IMG/VR virus record: IMGVR_UViG_3300008261_000075
Span: 1 to 64,000 of that record
Strand: one strand, 5' to 3'
From: a virus
Taxonomy: Duplodnaviria; Caudoviricetes
DNA length: 64,000 nucleotides
Numbering within the stretch: the stretch's first letter is position 1; every line of letters begins with the position of its first letter. Of this stretch, positions 56,736 through 64,000 are shown piece after piece. The notes beneath the pieces are model-generated. The model made no database searches. It worked only from the letters and a program-made list of their open reading frames with translations, and was not told the DNA's origin. Both the position numbers and the translations under genes were made by a program.

Positions 56736-57302
56736 TTAAAAAATAAGATCGGCTGCAATTACAAATCGATCTTGAGTTGATTGTGGTATCATGGGCCTAT
56801 GATACACTTTACCAGGGTAAACAATCCAAGTAAAATCTTTTGGTACAGATTTAAATCTTTCAAGATTTTCTACGCCATTATAGGCAAATTCTGTACCACA
56901 TTCTGTTTTGTCTGCAACATCATCAGGAATGTGCAAATAGTACACACCACTTAGTGTGCGCTCCTCACCGTATTGATGAGTATGCCAGAGCCTTTCCCGA
57001 TCTTCTTGAATAGTGTTTGAAGTCATAAAACTCCAAGCCATTAGTTGTTTAATTGGAACTTCTTTTCCAAGATACATAAAACAACTAAAGATAAAACTCA
57101 TTCTAAATTTTAACCAAGTAGGATCTTGGATTCCAAACAAATTAACTTCTGTTTGATACTTTGGTGAATTTTTAAAATATCTACCTTGATCAATAAATTC
57201 TCTAATTTGTGACTTTGCACTATTGTGATCGTCAGAAGTTATAACCGAACTAAAATCGTATTCTTCAAAAGTTTCAAAGCCGTTATTAAATACCACTGTC
57301 AT
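56736..57302 (-). CDS. 2OG-Fe(II) oxygenase-like protein
   Basis: WHTH...LSGVYYL...YPG...H...R.VIAAD double-stranded beta-helix pattern. Confidence 0.75.
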   Translation of the reverse strand: MTVVFNNGFETFEEYDFSSVITSDDHNSAKSQIREFIDQGRYFKNSPKYQTEVNLFGIQDPTWLKFRMSFIFSCFMYLGKEVPIKQLMAWSFMTSNTIQEDRERLWHTHQYGEERTLSGVYYLHIPDDVADKTECGTEFAYNGVENLERFKSVPKDFTWIVYPGKVYHRPMIPQSTQDRFVIAADLIF

Positions 57303-57556
57303 AGTCGTTCACTTAATAGTATGCGGCATAACTGCTCGTCTTTTTCATTTTTAAAATGAAACTCCATAAAGTCTTCAAATGGGTGATAGACAAACCTATC
57401 ACCGGGTAAACCAAACACTTCCAATACCATGGCACATGTTTCATTCCACCACGATGTTCCTTGATTGTGCCAATCTACTCGAACACAATAACTAAACTTC
57501 TTTACGGTAATTACCCTTTTCTGGGATAACGTGTCTAACACCGCCTCTTGGGTCAT
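57299..57556 (-). CDS. Hypothetical phage protein
   Basis: WWNETCAMVLEVFGLPG; start uncertain because it overlaps the HIT gene. Confidence 0.6.
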   Translation of the reverse strand: MTQEAVLDTLSQKRVITVKKFSYCVRVDWHNQGTSWWNETCAMVLEVFGLPGDRFVYHPFEDFMEFHFKNEKDEQLCRILLSERL

Positions 57557-57866
57557 CCATATCTCCTTTGCGTCGCGGAATCATATGTACATGTGGGTAC
57601 ATTACTGTTTGACCAGCAGCCTCGCCAACATTTTGTCCGATGTTGAACGCTTCCCACCGTCCAAGTTCAACGCCTTCAAACCCGAATTTATATGCGGCTT
57701 TGAAGCACTCCCAGAGATTAACACTTTGCTCTTCGGTAGGCACAAATAGCAAATGCCCGGGGGTAACTGGATATGCGTCTCTAAACACCCAAAAGTCTTT
57801 TGATCGGAATTCAATTTCAGTCCACGGTGCTCGATTTTCATCTAAGGCCCTTTCAAGGTTGGTCAT
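57492..57866 (-). CDS. HIT-family nucleotide hydrolase
   Basis: D.YPVTPGHLLFVP, N.GEAAGQTVMYPHVHMIPR. Confidence 0.9.
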   Translation of the reverse strand: MTNLERALDENRAPWTEIEFRSKDFWVFRDAYPVTPGHLLFVPTEEQSVNLWECFKAAYKFGFEGVELGRWEAFNIGQNVGEAAGQTVMYPHVHMIPRRKGDMDDPRGGVRHVIPEKGNYRKEV

Positions 57867-58014
57867 CTTTAATCTCAGCAAGTTGTTCTAGTAAGTATTC
57901 TCTATACATTCTTAACGATTCGCTATGACGATCTGCGTTAGTAGGCATGTCTTTTACTTTTTCTAGGTCTGCATTTACTTGCGATATTCTTTGTAAGATT
58001 TCATCTTTAGTCAT
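57853..58014 (-). CDS. Small coiled-coil protein (53 aa, not in ORF track)
   Basis: Hand translation MTKDEILQRISQVNADLEK...EIKDDQP*; ATGA overlap with the PRTase stop; fills the gap exactly. Confidence 0.65.
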   Translation of the reverse strand: MTKDEILQRISQVNADLEKVKDMPTNADRHSESLRMYREYLLEQLAEIKDDQP

Positions 58015-58508
58015 TTAACCCACCATTCCTCGTATGGAAATTCAATCCAAACATCTTTCTCAGCTTTATTAACTTCCATGCCCCAGTAATTCATTCCGAC
58101 ATTGCACTTACTACTAAGATTATCAACGACTACAGCAAACCTAACATTATTACCCCAGACACCTTCCCATTTAGGATCGTCGGGAAAGCAACCGCTTGGC
58201 CAGTCTTTCATAATCCAGTTTAAAGTAGTTCCTTGGTCATTAATATCGTCAACAATGAGAATGTTTTTATTATTATATGCATCTTCAGCCATTCCTAGAT
58301 CGCTAACAGTTTCAATGTTATCTCGAAGACTAACCTGTAGCGGCTTCATAGGGATGTTAAAATATTGACTAATCATTACAGCAGGCAATAACCCACCACG
58401 ACTAATACCTACAATGTAGTCAGGTTTCCAACCAGTACGTTGAATAGTAGAACACATGTTTAAAACAAGCAATTTAAATTCTTTAAATTTTATTAAACGC
58501 TTGTTCAT
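58011..58508 (-). CDS. Type I phosphoribosyltransferase (Gpt/Hpt-like)
   Basis: VGISRGGL, PRPP loop ILIVDDINDQGTT, WIEFPYE. Confidence 0.9.
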   Translation of the reverse strand: MNKRLIKFKEFKLLVLNMCSTIQRTGWKPDYIVGISRGGLLPAVMISQYFNIPMKPLQVSLRDNIETVSDLGMAEDAYNNKNILIVDDINDQGTTLNWIMKDWPSGCFPDDPKWEGVWGNNVRFAVVVDNLSSKCNVGMNYWGMEVNKAEKDVWIEFPYEEWWVK

Positions 58509-58759
58509 TGAATGTTCCTTTTGGTAGTGCTATTATCTTCTGACAAAGATCGAACAATTTGTTGTTGCACATCTTCATCGAGAGTGTCAAGATCTTCAGC
58601 AGTAATTTGAGTCGACATAGCTTCGAGCTCTTCTTTACTTTTGTTCTCAAACATGTCCATAATGTCTTTAATCATTTGATCAAGCTCTTCTTGAGTGCCA
58701 TCAAAATGATCAAAACATCCTGGCGCAAATTCGACTTTGAGTTTTTTGTCTTCAGTCAT
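58505..58759 (-). CDS. Acidic hypothetical protein
   Basis: FAPGCFDHFDGTQEELD; start moved to MTEDKK. Confidence 0.7.
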   Translation of the reverse strand: MTEDKKLKVEFAPGCFDHFDGTQEELDQMIKDIMDMFENKSKEELEAMSTQITAEDLDTLDEDVQQQIVRSLSEDNSTTKRNIQ

Positions 58760-59156
58760 CGTCGCCTTTAATTGTTTCAAATGTTCTGTATTTTCCCAAT
58801 GCCGCAATGTATTCGTCATACAATTTCTTTAGCTTTGGGTGCTTAGCCTCTAGTTTAACATCTCTTTCGGGAATTTGCAAGACTTTTTCGATTGTGGTTA
58901 ACCGTTCTTCTAAATCTCTACCGTTAATAACCATTCGACCTGTAACTTCTAATTCTGGCGGATTGGTTTGTTTAACAGTTAATGCAGGATTGGTATTGAC
59001 AGTGCCATTAGCCCAAATATTAGAATAAGAAGTACCGTTACTACCAGTAGATGTTAAAAACTGTCCGTTCGTAGTGTTAGTAGTATAGTTTACTAAAGGT
59101 ATTGCTCCGTATCCTGGACTAACCGCGGAGTTTACGTTCTTGTAAGTAGCTGTCAT
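58752..59156 (-). CDS. Hypothetical protein
   Basis: LEERLTTIEKVL..LEAKHPKLK; low-complexity N-terminus. Confidence 0.7.
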   Translation of the reverse strand: MTATYKNVNSAVSPGYGAIPLVNYTTNTTNGQFLTSTGSNGTSYSNIWANGTVNTNPALTVKQTNPPELEVTGRMVINGRDLEERLTTIEKVLQIPERDVKLEAKHPKLKKLYDEYIAALGKYRTFETIKGDDD

Positions 59157-59598
59157 TGTGAATCCATTTATTATCAACAAGAAATCCCCATTCTCGTTTT
59201 TGTGGACCAGGCATAAACAAGGTCCATGCAGTTACACCGGCTTTAAGCTCAATGCGATGATAGCTATTAGGACTGCAAATACGAAAATGACCAGGCCTGC
59301 GCCAATGCCGTGTCTCACTGATCTTGACTCCAGTTGAATCAAAGTTAGGAGTCCATTCATAATAACCACCTTTTAAAATCAATGTGGCATACGGCCATGG
59401 ATGATCGTGTATATCATCCGGATCACCTTTTAAAAATTTATGTAAAAATACATTAAACGGGAACGTTTTTCTATCTTTTAGAAAAAGATAATATCTTTCT
59501 AGATAGGGTTGATTATCAACTCGATCCATAATGATCCTTTTTCGATCATGCTTTTCTAAAAAAGAAAAGAATTTATTTTTTATCTGTTGGATTATCAT
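59119..59598 (-). CDS. Cupin-fold protein
   Basis: PYLERYY, HDHPW...GGY.E, HRIEL, WGF. Confidence 0.75.
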   Translation of the reverse strand: MIIQQIKNKFFSFLEKHDRKRIIMDRVDNQPYLERYYLFLKDRKTFPFNVFLHKFLKGDPDDIHDHPWPYATLILKGGYYEWTPNFDSTGVKISETRHWRRPGHFRICSPNSYHRIELKAGVTAWTLFMPGPQKREWGFLVDNKWIHNDSYLQERKLRG

Positions 59599-59977
59599 AA
59601 TCGTCTTTCACAAGTTTATAAGTAGTTTTAAACTTTTCAAATGCAATTTTCAATCCAGGATACTGCTCGCACATTTCTTGAATTCTTGTCCATTGCGGAA
59701 ATGAATTGACCCATTCTTCGTCACTCCAGTAATACGGTGAACTATCGAGTGTTACTGTATTAATAGTACCAGACACTGCGCCACCGTTTGTTATAGTAAA
59801 ACTACCAGTTGCACCTACACCACCTATACCAGCACCGGTGTTATAAAAATAAGTACCTCCGGTATTGCTTAGAGTAATTGTATCTGATGCAACCATAGTA
59901 GATACATTCTGAGATGAGAACTCACCGGAATCATCTAATGTTATTGAGTAGCTTGGTTGCGCTGAAGAATTGTTCAT
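59573..59977 (-). CDS. Hypothetical protein
   Basis: Low-complexity N-terminus, MCEQYPGLKIAFEKFK C-terminus. Confidence 0.7.
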   Translation of the reverse strand: MNNSSAQPSYSITLDDSGEFSSQNVSTMVASDTITLSNTGGTYFYNTGAGIGGVGATGSFTITNGGAVSGTINTVTLDSSPYYWSDEEWVNSFPQWTRIQEMCEQYPGLKIAFEKFKTTYKLVKDDYDNPTDKK

Positions 59978-60961
59978 GTAGTGCATCCTTTTGTTTTCTT
60001 ATTTGCGGCAAGAAAGAAGCATAGTTTTCCATGTATTGAGTTATTTTATAACATATAGCAGGTCTAAACATTTCGTATGCTTCAAAACTTTCAGTCCAAT
60101 AGCATCTACTACGGCACCTTCGTACCAACTGATGCCAAGTGTTTCTTGTAAGTTAGCACTGAACACTAGTTTAGCCTCGCCTAACAAATTATGATACTCG
60201 TTCTTTGTAAGTTGCTGATCCTGACAAACAACAAATTCATATTGTGGTAAGTGTTCTTTTAGATCACGGAATATGTCAACTTGTTTTTCTGGAGCGATAC
60301 GATGCGGGAAAAGAATAAGATCACGCTTGGGCATGTTTTTATACATTAACAATGTATCCTGCATATACTCCATAGGCCAGCCAGTACGTACAAATCTAGG
60401 ATCTTCACCATTTAGGATTTCTTCTAAGTGTTCACTATACCAAGGATTTTCTGTAGGATAATCATTTAGTAAATTTGTATAGAACAACTTGATATGGAAA
60501 TCTGTAGCAAAGTAGTTATGATCAAATGCGTGAAAGAAACTCTTCTCAGCATGTCTAACCCAAGGCTTATTACCTACAAGACGTCCTAAAAAGTCTTGCG
60601 GATCATAACTACCAGCATGCCATAAGCCGTGAGTGACTACTGGAATGCCCAGCAATTCACTCATATACTTTAGGTTAATGATACCCGGGTGCCAAGCATC
60701 AGTAAAAATAAAGTGATCACCGGGATGAACGGCTCCGTCGCAAAATAGACGACCCATCTGCTCCACTTGTGCTGATTTATAAATGTTGGTACCGCCAAAA
60801 TTAAGGAACGCACCCGGAGTAGTTGCTGTAGGAATGTCTGTAGGCCCACATAGAACTTGAACATTGTGTCCTGCCTTTTTAAGTAAAGTAGGTACATGGC
60901 GCTTCCACTGCGCCGTATACCTGGTTTCAACTGCTTCTAAATCAACTAAAAATACGTTCAT
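59931..60961 (-). CDS. GT-B glycosyltransferase, frameshifted at ~60098 (ORFs 60041..60961 + 59931..60128)
   Basis: WHAGSYD, FPHRIAPEK, LQETLGISWYEG (E-x7-E). The natural-looking C-terminus WTESFEAY...FFSATKLL is in another frame. Confidence 0.8.
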
Positions 60962-61203
60962 TAAGCATCGTGTCTTGAGTTATTAAATCTAGGCTTATTT
61001 CCTAGGTACGGTTTACGTTCACCGGTCCAGGGCTTCTTTTCGCCATTCCATGGACGCTTAGGTCTGCGGCTATTTTCAAATGAACGCCATACGTGGCTTT
61101 CTCTATTATAGAGATCTGCCGGGTTGTATGGAAGGAGTTCGAATCTGCAAAAATTTAGCAGGTTTTCGAGATCGTTAAAAATTTTAACAACTTCCGGTTT
61201 CAT
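60961..61203 (-). CDS. Small basic protein
   Basis: IFNDLE.L.NFCR...YNPADLY; AAGGA RBS; KRPWNGE/KKPWTGE repeats. Confidence 0.7.
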   Translation of the reverse strand: MKPEVVKIFNDLENLLNFCRFELLPYNPADLYNRESHVWRSFENSRRPKRPWNGEKKPWTGERKPYLGNKPRFNNSRHDA

Positions 61204-61216
61204 ATACTGTCCTTAA

Positions 61217-61279
61217 TTAATATTTGATAAATGAACCATTTTCTCCGTCTTCGGAGACCTCAATCCAAACCTCACGGCT
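61217..61279 (-). pseudogene. Orphaned 3' end of the queD-like gene
   Basis: Translates SREVWIEVSEDGENGSFIKY*, versus GREVWIEVSEDGENGALIKF* at 62819-62881. In-frame stop at 61322-61324 upstream. Confidence 0.85.
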
Positions 61280-61292
61280 AGAGAGATAAGTT

Positions 61293-61889
61293 ATGCCTAT
61301 ACTGACTACCACTAATGTTAATTATACTTGTTTTTTGTGCGGAAGTCAAGCCTTCTACATAAGTGTGAACTCCAAACAGATGCGTTGCGTTGAAAAAATT
61401 ACCCAATGTCCGGGCCACGCTAAGAAGGCCGAAGCCTCTCGACAGGCACGAATGAGTAAAGCGGATAGAATCAAACATATGAAAACTATGAGCGAACGAG
61501 GAAATGCCAGTCTCAAGGAACTTCATACTGATGCTAATTGGCGTAGACAAAAAGGACACAATATTTCCAAGGCTAAATCTACCATTCCTATCGAACAGCG
61601 TCCTCTCTGGGAAGCATACGAAAACATTGTTGATAGAATTACAAGAGATAGTTGGATATATCATAATGATAAAATTAATCCTTTAGGGCTACCGCGGGGA
61701 ACTGAATACGAGTTGGATCACAAATATAGCAAACATCAAGGTTTCCTAAATAATGTGCCGCCCGAATTAATCGGGCATTATTCAAATCTTCAAATGATTT
61801 CACGGCATTCCAATCGCACAAAGTATAATAAATGTTCCATTACTTTGGAAAAACTTCTTCAACTTCAACAGGTCGAAAAACTGGTGTAG
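61293..61889 (+). CDS. HNH homing endonuclease with N-terminal Cys cluster
   Basis: CFLC...C...CP; YELDHKYS...NLQMISRHSNRTK (H-N-N); GAGAG before ATG. Confidence 0.85.
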   Translation: MPILTTTNVNYTCFLCGSQAFYISVNSKQMRCVEKITQCPGHAKKAEASRQARMSKADRIKHMKTMSERGNASLKELHTDANWRRQKGHNISKAKSTIPIEQRPLWEAYENIVDRITRDSWIYHNDKINPLGLPRGTEYELDHKYSKHQGFLNNVPPELIGHYSNLQMISRHSNRTKYNKCSITLEKLLQLQQVEKLV

Positions 61890-62043
61890 ATTTTGACATT
61901 CTTACAAACTCTAAATTATTAACTGAGAGTGTGTCTAATGTGCCGCGATAGCGTTCAATGCTTACTTTGCCGTTATTTTCAATAACATAGAAAAACTGAT
62001 CAGTAGCACCACCGTCTATTTGTTGTTTAAAATATTCGTTCAT
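61840..62043 (-). CDS. Hypothetical cargo protein
   Basis: ATGA overlap with the upstream ORF; converges on the HNH gene. Confidence 0.55.
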   Translation of the reverse strand: MNEYFKQQIDGGATDQFFYVIENNGKVSIERYRGTLDTLSVNNLEFVRMSKSTPVFRPVEVEEVFPK

Positions 62044-62267
62044 TCTTCAACTCCGAAATGTTGTTTAATCTCCGCCATACATTGTGTGCCACCATTCAAC
62101 CAAGTATCAACTGATTCGGGAACAGGATCACTGATAACTTGTTCGCAACATCCTAAACATTCCTTTACAATCAACTCGGCGAACTTTTCTTTACTGAAGA
62201 CGAGTTCTCCATCATATGGCACAAGACTCTGTGCGGCAAACTTTTCCAACATAGGTATCTTTTTCAT
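62040..62267 (-). CDS. Small phage protein (EKFAELIV.EC...IK.HFGVE type)
   Basis: Recognisable motif of small phage accessory proteins. Confidence 0.7.
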   Translation of the reverse strand: MKKIPMLEKFAAQSLVPYDGELVFSKEKFAELIVKECLGCCEQVISDPVPESVDTWLNGGTQCMAEIKQHFGVEE

Positions 62268-62509
62268 TCTTTGTAAACCTTTGTAGTTTTTTCAAATCCA
62301 ATATAGGTTGTTTCAGTAATATCTTTACCAAGCAAGTTTTTGATTTTAGGATCATTCCAACAATCTTCGTCAATCATAATATTTTTAGTAAGACGCATTT
62401 TACTGAGTATGTAGATAACTTCTTCCAGTGTAGTCACTTGAGACCAGTCCAATGTCTTGTATCTGTTAGTTATTGGTTCTGGCGGTAATCGCTTAAACAG
62501 ATTCCACAT
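62264..62509 (-). CDS. Hypothetical cargo protein
   Basis: Coupled ORF (TAATG overlap). Confidence 0.6.
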   Translation of the reverse strand: MWNLFKRLPPEPITNRYKTLDWSQVTTLEEVIYILSKMRLTKNIMIDEDCWNDPKIKNLLGKDITETTYIGFEKTTKVYKE

Positions 62510-62817
62510 TACACATTCCCCAATCCTACTCTACTATAACCCAGTTCTGATTTAACTTCTCGCTCAATGTTTTGAGTCTTATGCCGCCAGTTGATACCCC
62601 AAGTGGTAATAAACTCAATAGCATCACTATCAAGATTACACTCAACATAGCCCATATTGCCCCAACGGCGATTTTCTGGATCTGCCAAGCACCACGCTTC
62701 TAACTCTGCCCGTTGCTCTCCACCATAGTGCGACATCTCAAAACAATATTTAAACTTGTTCTTAGAATGAGGAGGTGGCATCTGGCGAATAGTAGTTCGG
62801 GGCAAAGGCTTAGACAT
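62509..62817 (-). CDS. Hypothetical cargo protein
   Basis: Starts 1 nt after the queD-like stop. Confidence 0.6.
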   Translation of the reverse strand: MSKPLPRTTIRQMPPPHSKNKFKYCFEMSHYGGEQRAELEAWCLADPENRRWGNMGYVECNLDSDAIEFITTWGINWRHKTQNIEREVKSELGYSRVGLGNV

Positions 62818-62818
62818 A

Positions 62819-63241
62819 TTAGAACTTAATTAGAGCACCATTTTCGCCGTCTTCTGACACTTCGATCCAAACTTCTCGTCCTGGGTGTTTTGCGGCAATC
62901 TGTTCATACAAATCTTCTGCCATCATCTCACAGGATTTATAGTCTAACTGGAGTGTTCCTTGACTATACAGATTTTCTAACCAGCGTTTAAATTGAATAA
63001 ATTCAATCGCCCGGTCTGAATGTTCTACGGAAATCCAAACTTTAAAGTGGAAGATGTGACGATGCGGATATCCTAGAAAACTTACATCGTACTCATCACC
63101 TGTAGCAAGTGCTGGATCTGTAAGTGCGGCTGGATATTTGTGCATACCTTCTTTCTGAAAGGTAACCCAAATCATTTTGTTAGGGCGGATATCTTGTTTA
63201 ATAATCATAGGATTTAAATTTTCTATTTTACCAACTATCAT
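62819..63241 (-). CDS. QueD-like (6-pyruvoyltetrahydropterin synthase / T-fold) protein
   Basis: H...HRHIFHF, IEFIQFKR, SCEM.A, IEVSEDGENG; lies in the folE/queE/GT neighbourhood. Confidence 0.7.
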   Translation of the reverse strand: MIVGKIENLNPMIIKQDIRPNKMIWVTFQKEGMHKYPAALTDPALATGDEYDVSFLGYPHRHIFHFKVWISVEHSDRAIEFIQFKRWLENLYSQGTLQLDYKSCEMMAEDLYEQIAAKHPGREVWIEVSEDGENGALIKF

Positions 63242-63756
63242 TGTACAATCTCGTCATTGTTATATTGTGACCAGTCTGTGAAGTTTTTACGATCCATAAG
63301 TGAGTGCAGACTGTGGGACCACACACCTGGGTTTGTTGCTTTAAAATCCTTGTCATCAATTTTAAGCATTGTATTATAGTTCCATAATTTAATATATGGA
63401 ATTGGCACACGTATTTGCGGAATAAAGTTATCATACTCACAATAACCGCTTTCGTGAAATTCTTCAATTTGATTAAACGGAATATCTAAGGAGCATAGAA
63501 CACCTTTTTTAAGGAAATAAAAGATCATTTCTTCCCATGCTTTGTGTTCTTCATAGGTCCGTGGATTAAAACTATGATTAGCACCAAAGAAAATATGCTT
63601 ACATTCTTTATCTTTAAAGAATTCTTCTATAGCATTGCAAGGGTGTACTCCTACAACAAACAAACTTAATTTTCCAAACGCAGGAGTATGTTCAATTTCA
63701 GTGCCAACAAAAAAGTTTACTCCCGTAGTAACTCCATCATTGTAATTACGCTTCAT
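63238..63756 (-). CDS. Hypothetical protein adjacent to the queD-like gene
   Basis: F.G.E.EHTP, HIFFGANHSF, KIDDKDFKATNPGVW, FTDWSQY; start MKRNY at 63756. Confidence 0.75.
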   Translation of the reverse strand: MKRNYNDGVTTGVNFFVGTEIEHTPAFGKLSLFVVGVHPCNAIEEFFKDKECKHIFFGANHSFNPRTYEEHKAWEEMIFYFLKKGVLCSLDIPFNQIEEFHESGYCEYDNFIPQIRVPIPYIKLWNYNTMLKIDDKDFKATNPGVWSHSLHSLMDRKNFTDWSQYNNDEIVQ

Positions 63757-64000
63757 CTTTTTTGTCCTTTGCTTGCTCGTACCGCCTAAATAATCTAGTA
63801 ACATCTTCCATTTGTGTTTGAAATATATGTGGACTAGCTTCACAGACCTGCATCATATCCCAATCACTGGGATAGTGGCGTAATACACCTCTAGCTTGAC
63901 TGCGTATAATTGCAGGAACCTTAGGAGTCTTTTGCGGATCCATTAGTTCTTGCAAAAACTGGCGAGCCATTTTTACTGCACGATATCTTTCGTCGGGGAG
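63746..64000 (-). CDS. BPSL0761-like small protein (5' end beyond window)
   Basis: Frame open to the edge: LPDERYRAV...TPKVP..IR..AR..LRHYP. Confidence 0.7.
   Translation of the reverse strand, partial: LPDERYRAVKMARQFLQELMDPQKTPKVPAIIRSQARGVLRHYPSDWDMMQVCEASPHIFQTQMEDVTRLFRRYEQAKDKKDEA

Larger units (their letters stand above)
61280..62881. mobile_element. HNH endonuclease cassette with four cargo ORFs, inserted at the queD-like gene end
   Basis: Bounded by two diverged copies of the same gene terminus; contains the only credible plus-strand gene in an 18-kb minus-strand region. Confidence 0.7.

Noticed and set aside
61278-61664. Minus-strand 128-aa ORF as a real gene
   Set aside because: Antisense to the motif-bearing HNH gene and not in frame with the queD-like remnant.
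1-64000. Stop-codon reassignment, CRISPR arrays, tRNAs
   Set aside because: Genes are full length in code 11 and the breaks are frame changes rather than in-frame stops; no spaced repeats or cloverleafs seen in the short intergenic gaps.

Overview
This is a 64-kb segment of a large lytic T4-superfamily (myovirus-type) phage in standard genetic code. I found no tRNA, rRNA, CRISPR array, integrase or reverse transcriptase. Left end (minus strand): gp55-like late sigma factor, gp47/gp46 (Mre11/Rad50-like) nuclease, a DenA-like GIY-YIG endonuclease, a ~480-bp non-coding stretch that folds into a multi-pseudoknot structure, and a late-promoter-driven gene running off the edge. 5.7-45.5 kb (plus strand): a late virion operon with baseplate gp53/hub/gp5/gp25/gp6, a ~5,000-aa wedge protein split by a frameshift, and tail fibres, ending in four glycosyltransferase-like genes. 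45.5-64 kb (minus strand): early/middle genes including ThyX, MoxR ATPase + vWA/metallopeptidase, RNase H-like exonuclease and a 7-deazaguanine DNA-modification neighbourhood (QueE, FolE, QueD-like, GT-B glycosyltransferase, PRTase, HIT, 2OG-Fe(II) oxygenase, cupin). The best novelty candidates are (1) a large structured ncRNA directly behind the compact GIY-YIG nuclease, (2) an HNH cassette inserted at the queD-like gene that supplies a synonymously recoded 3' end, and (3) possible glycosylated deazaguanine DNA and glycosylated virions. Several abrupt junctions look like assembly gaps or deletions rather than biology. All product calls are from motif recognition; no searches were run.
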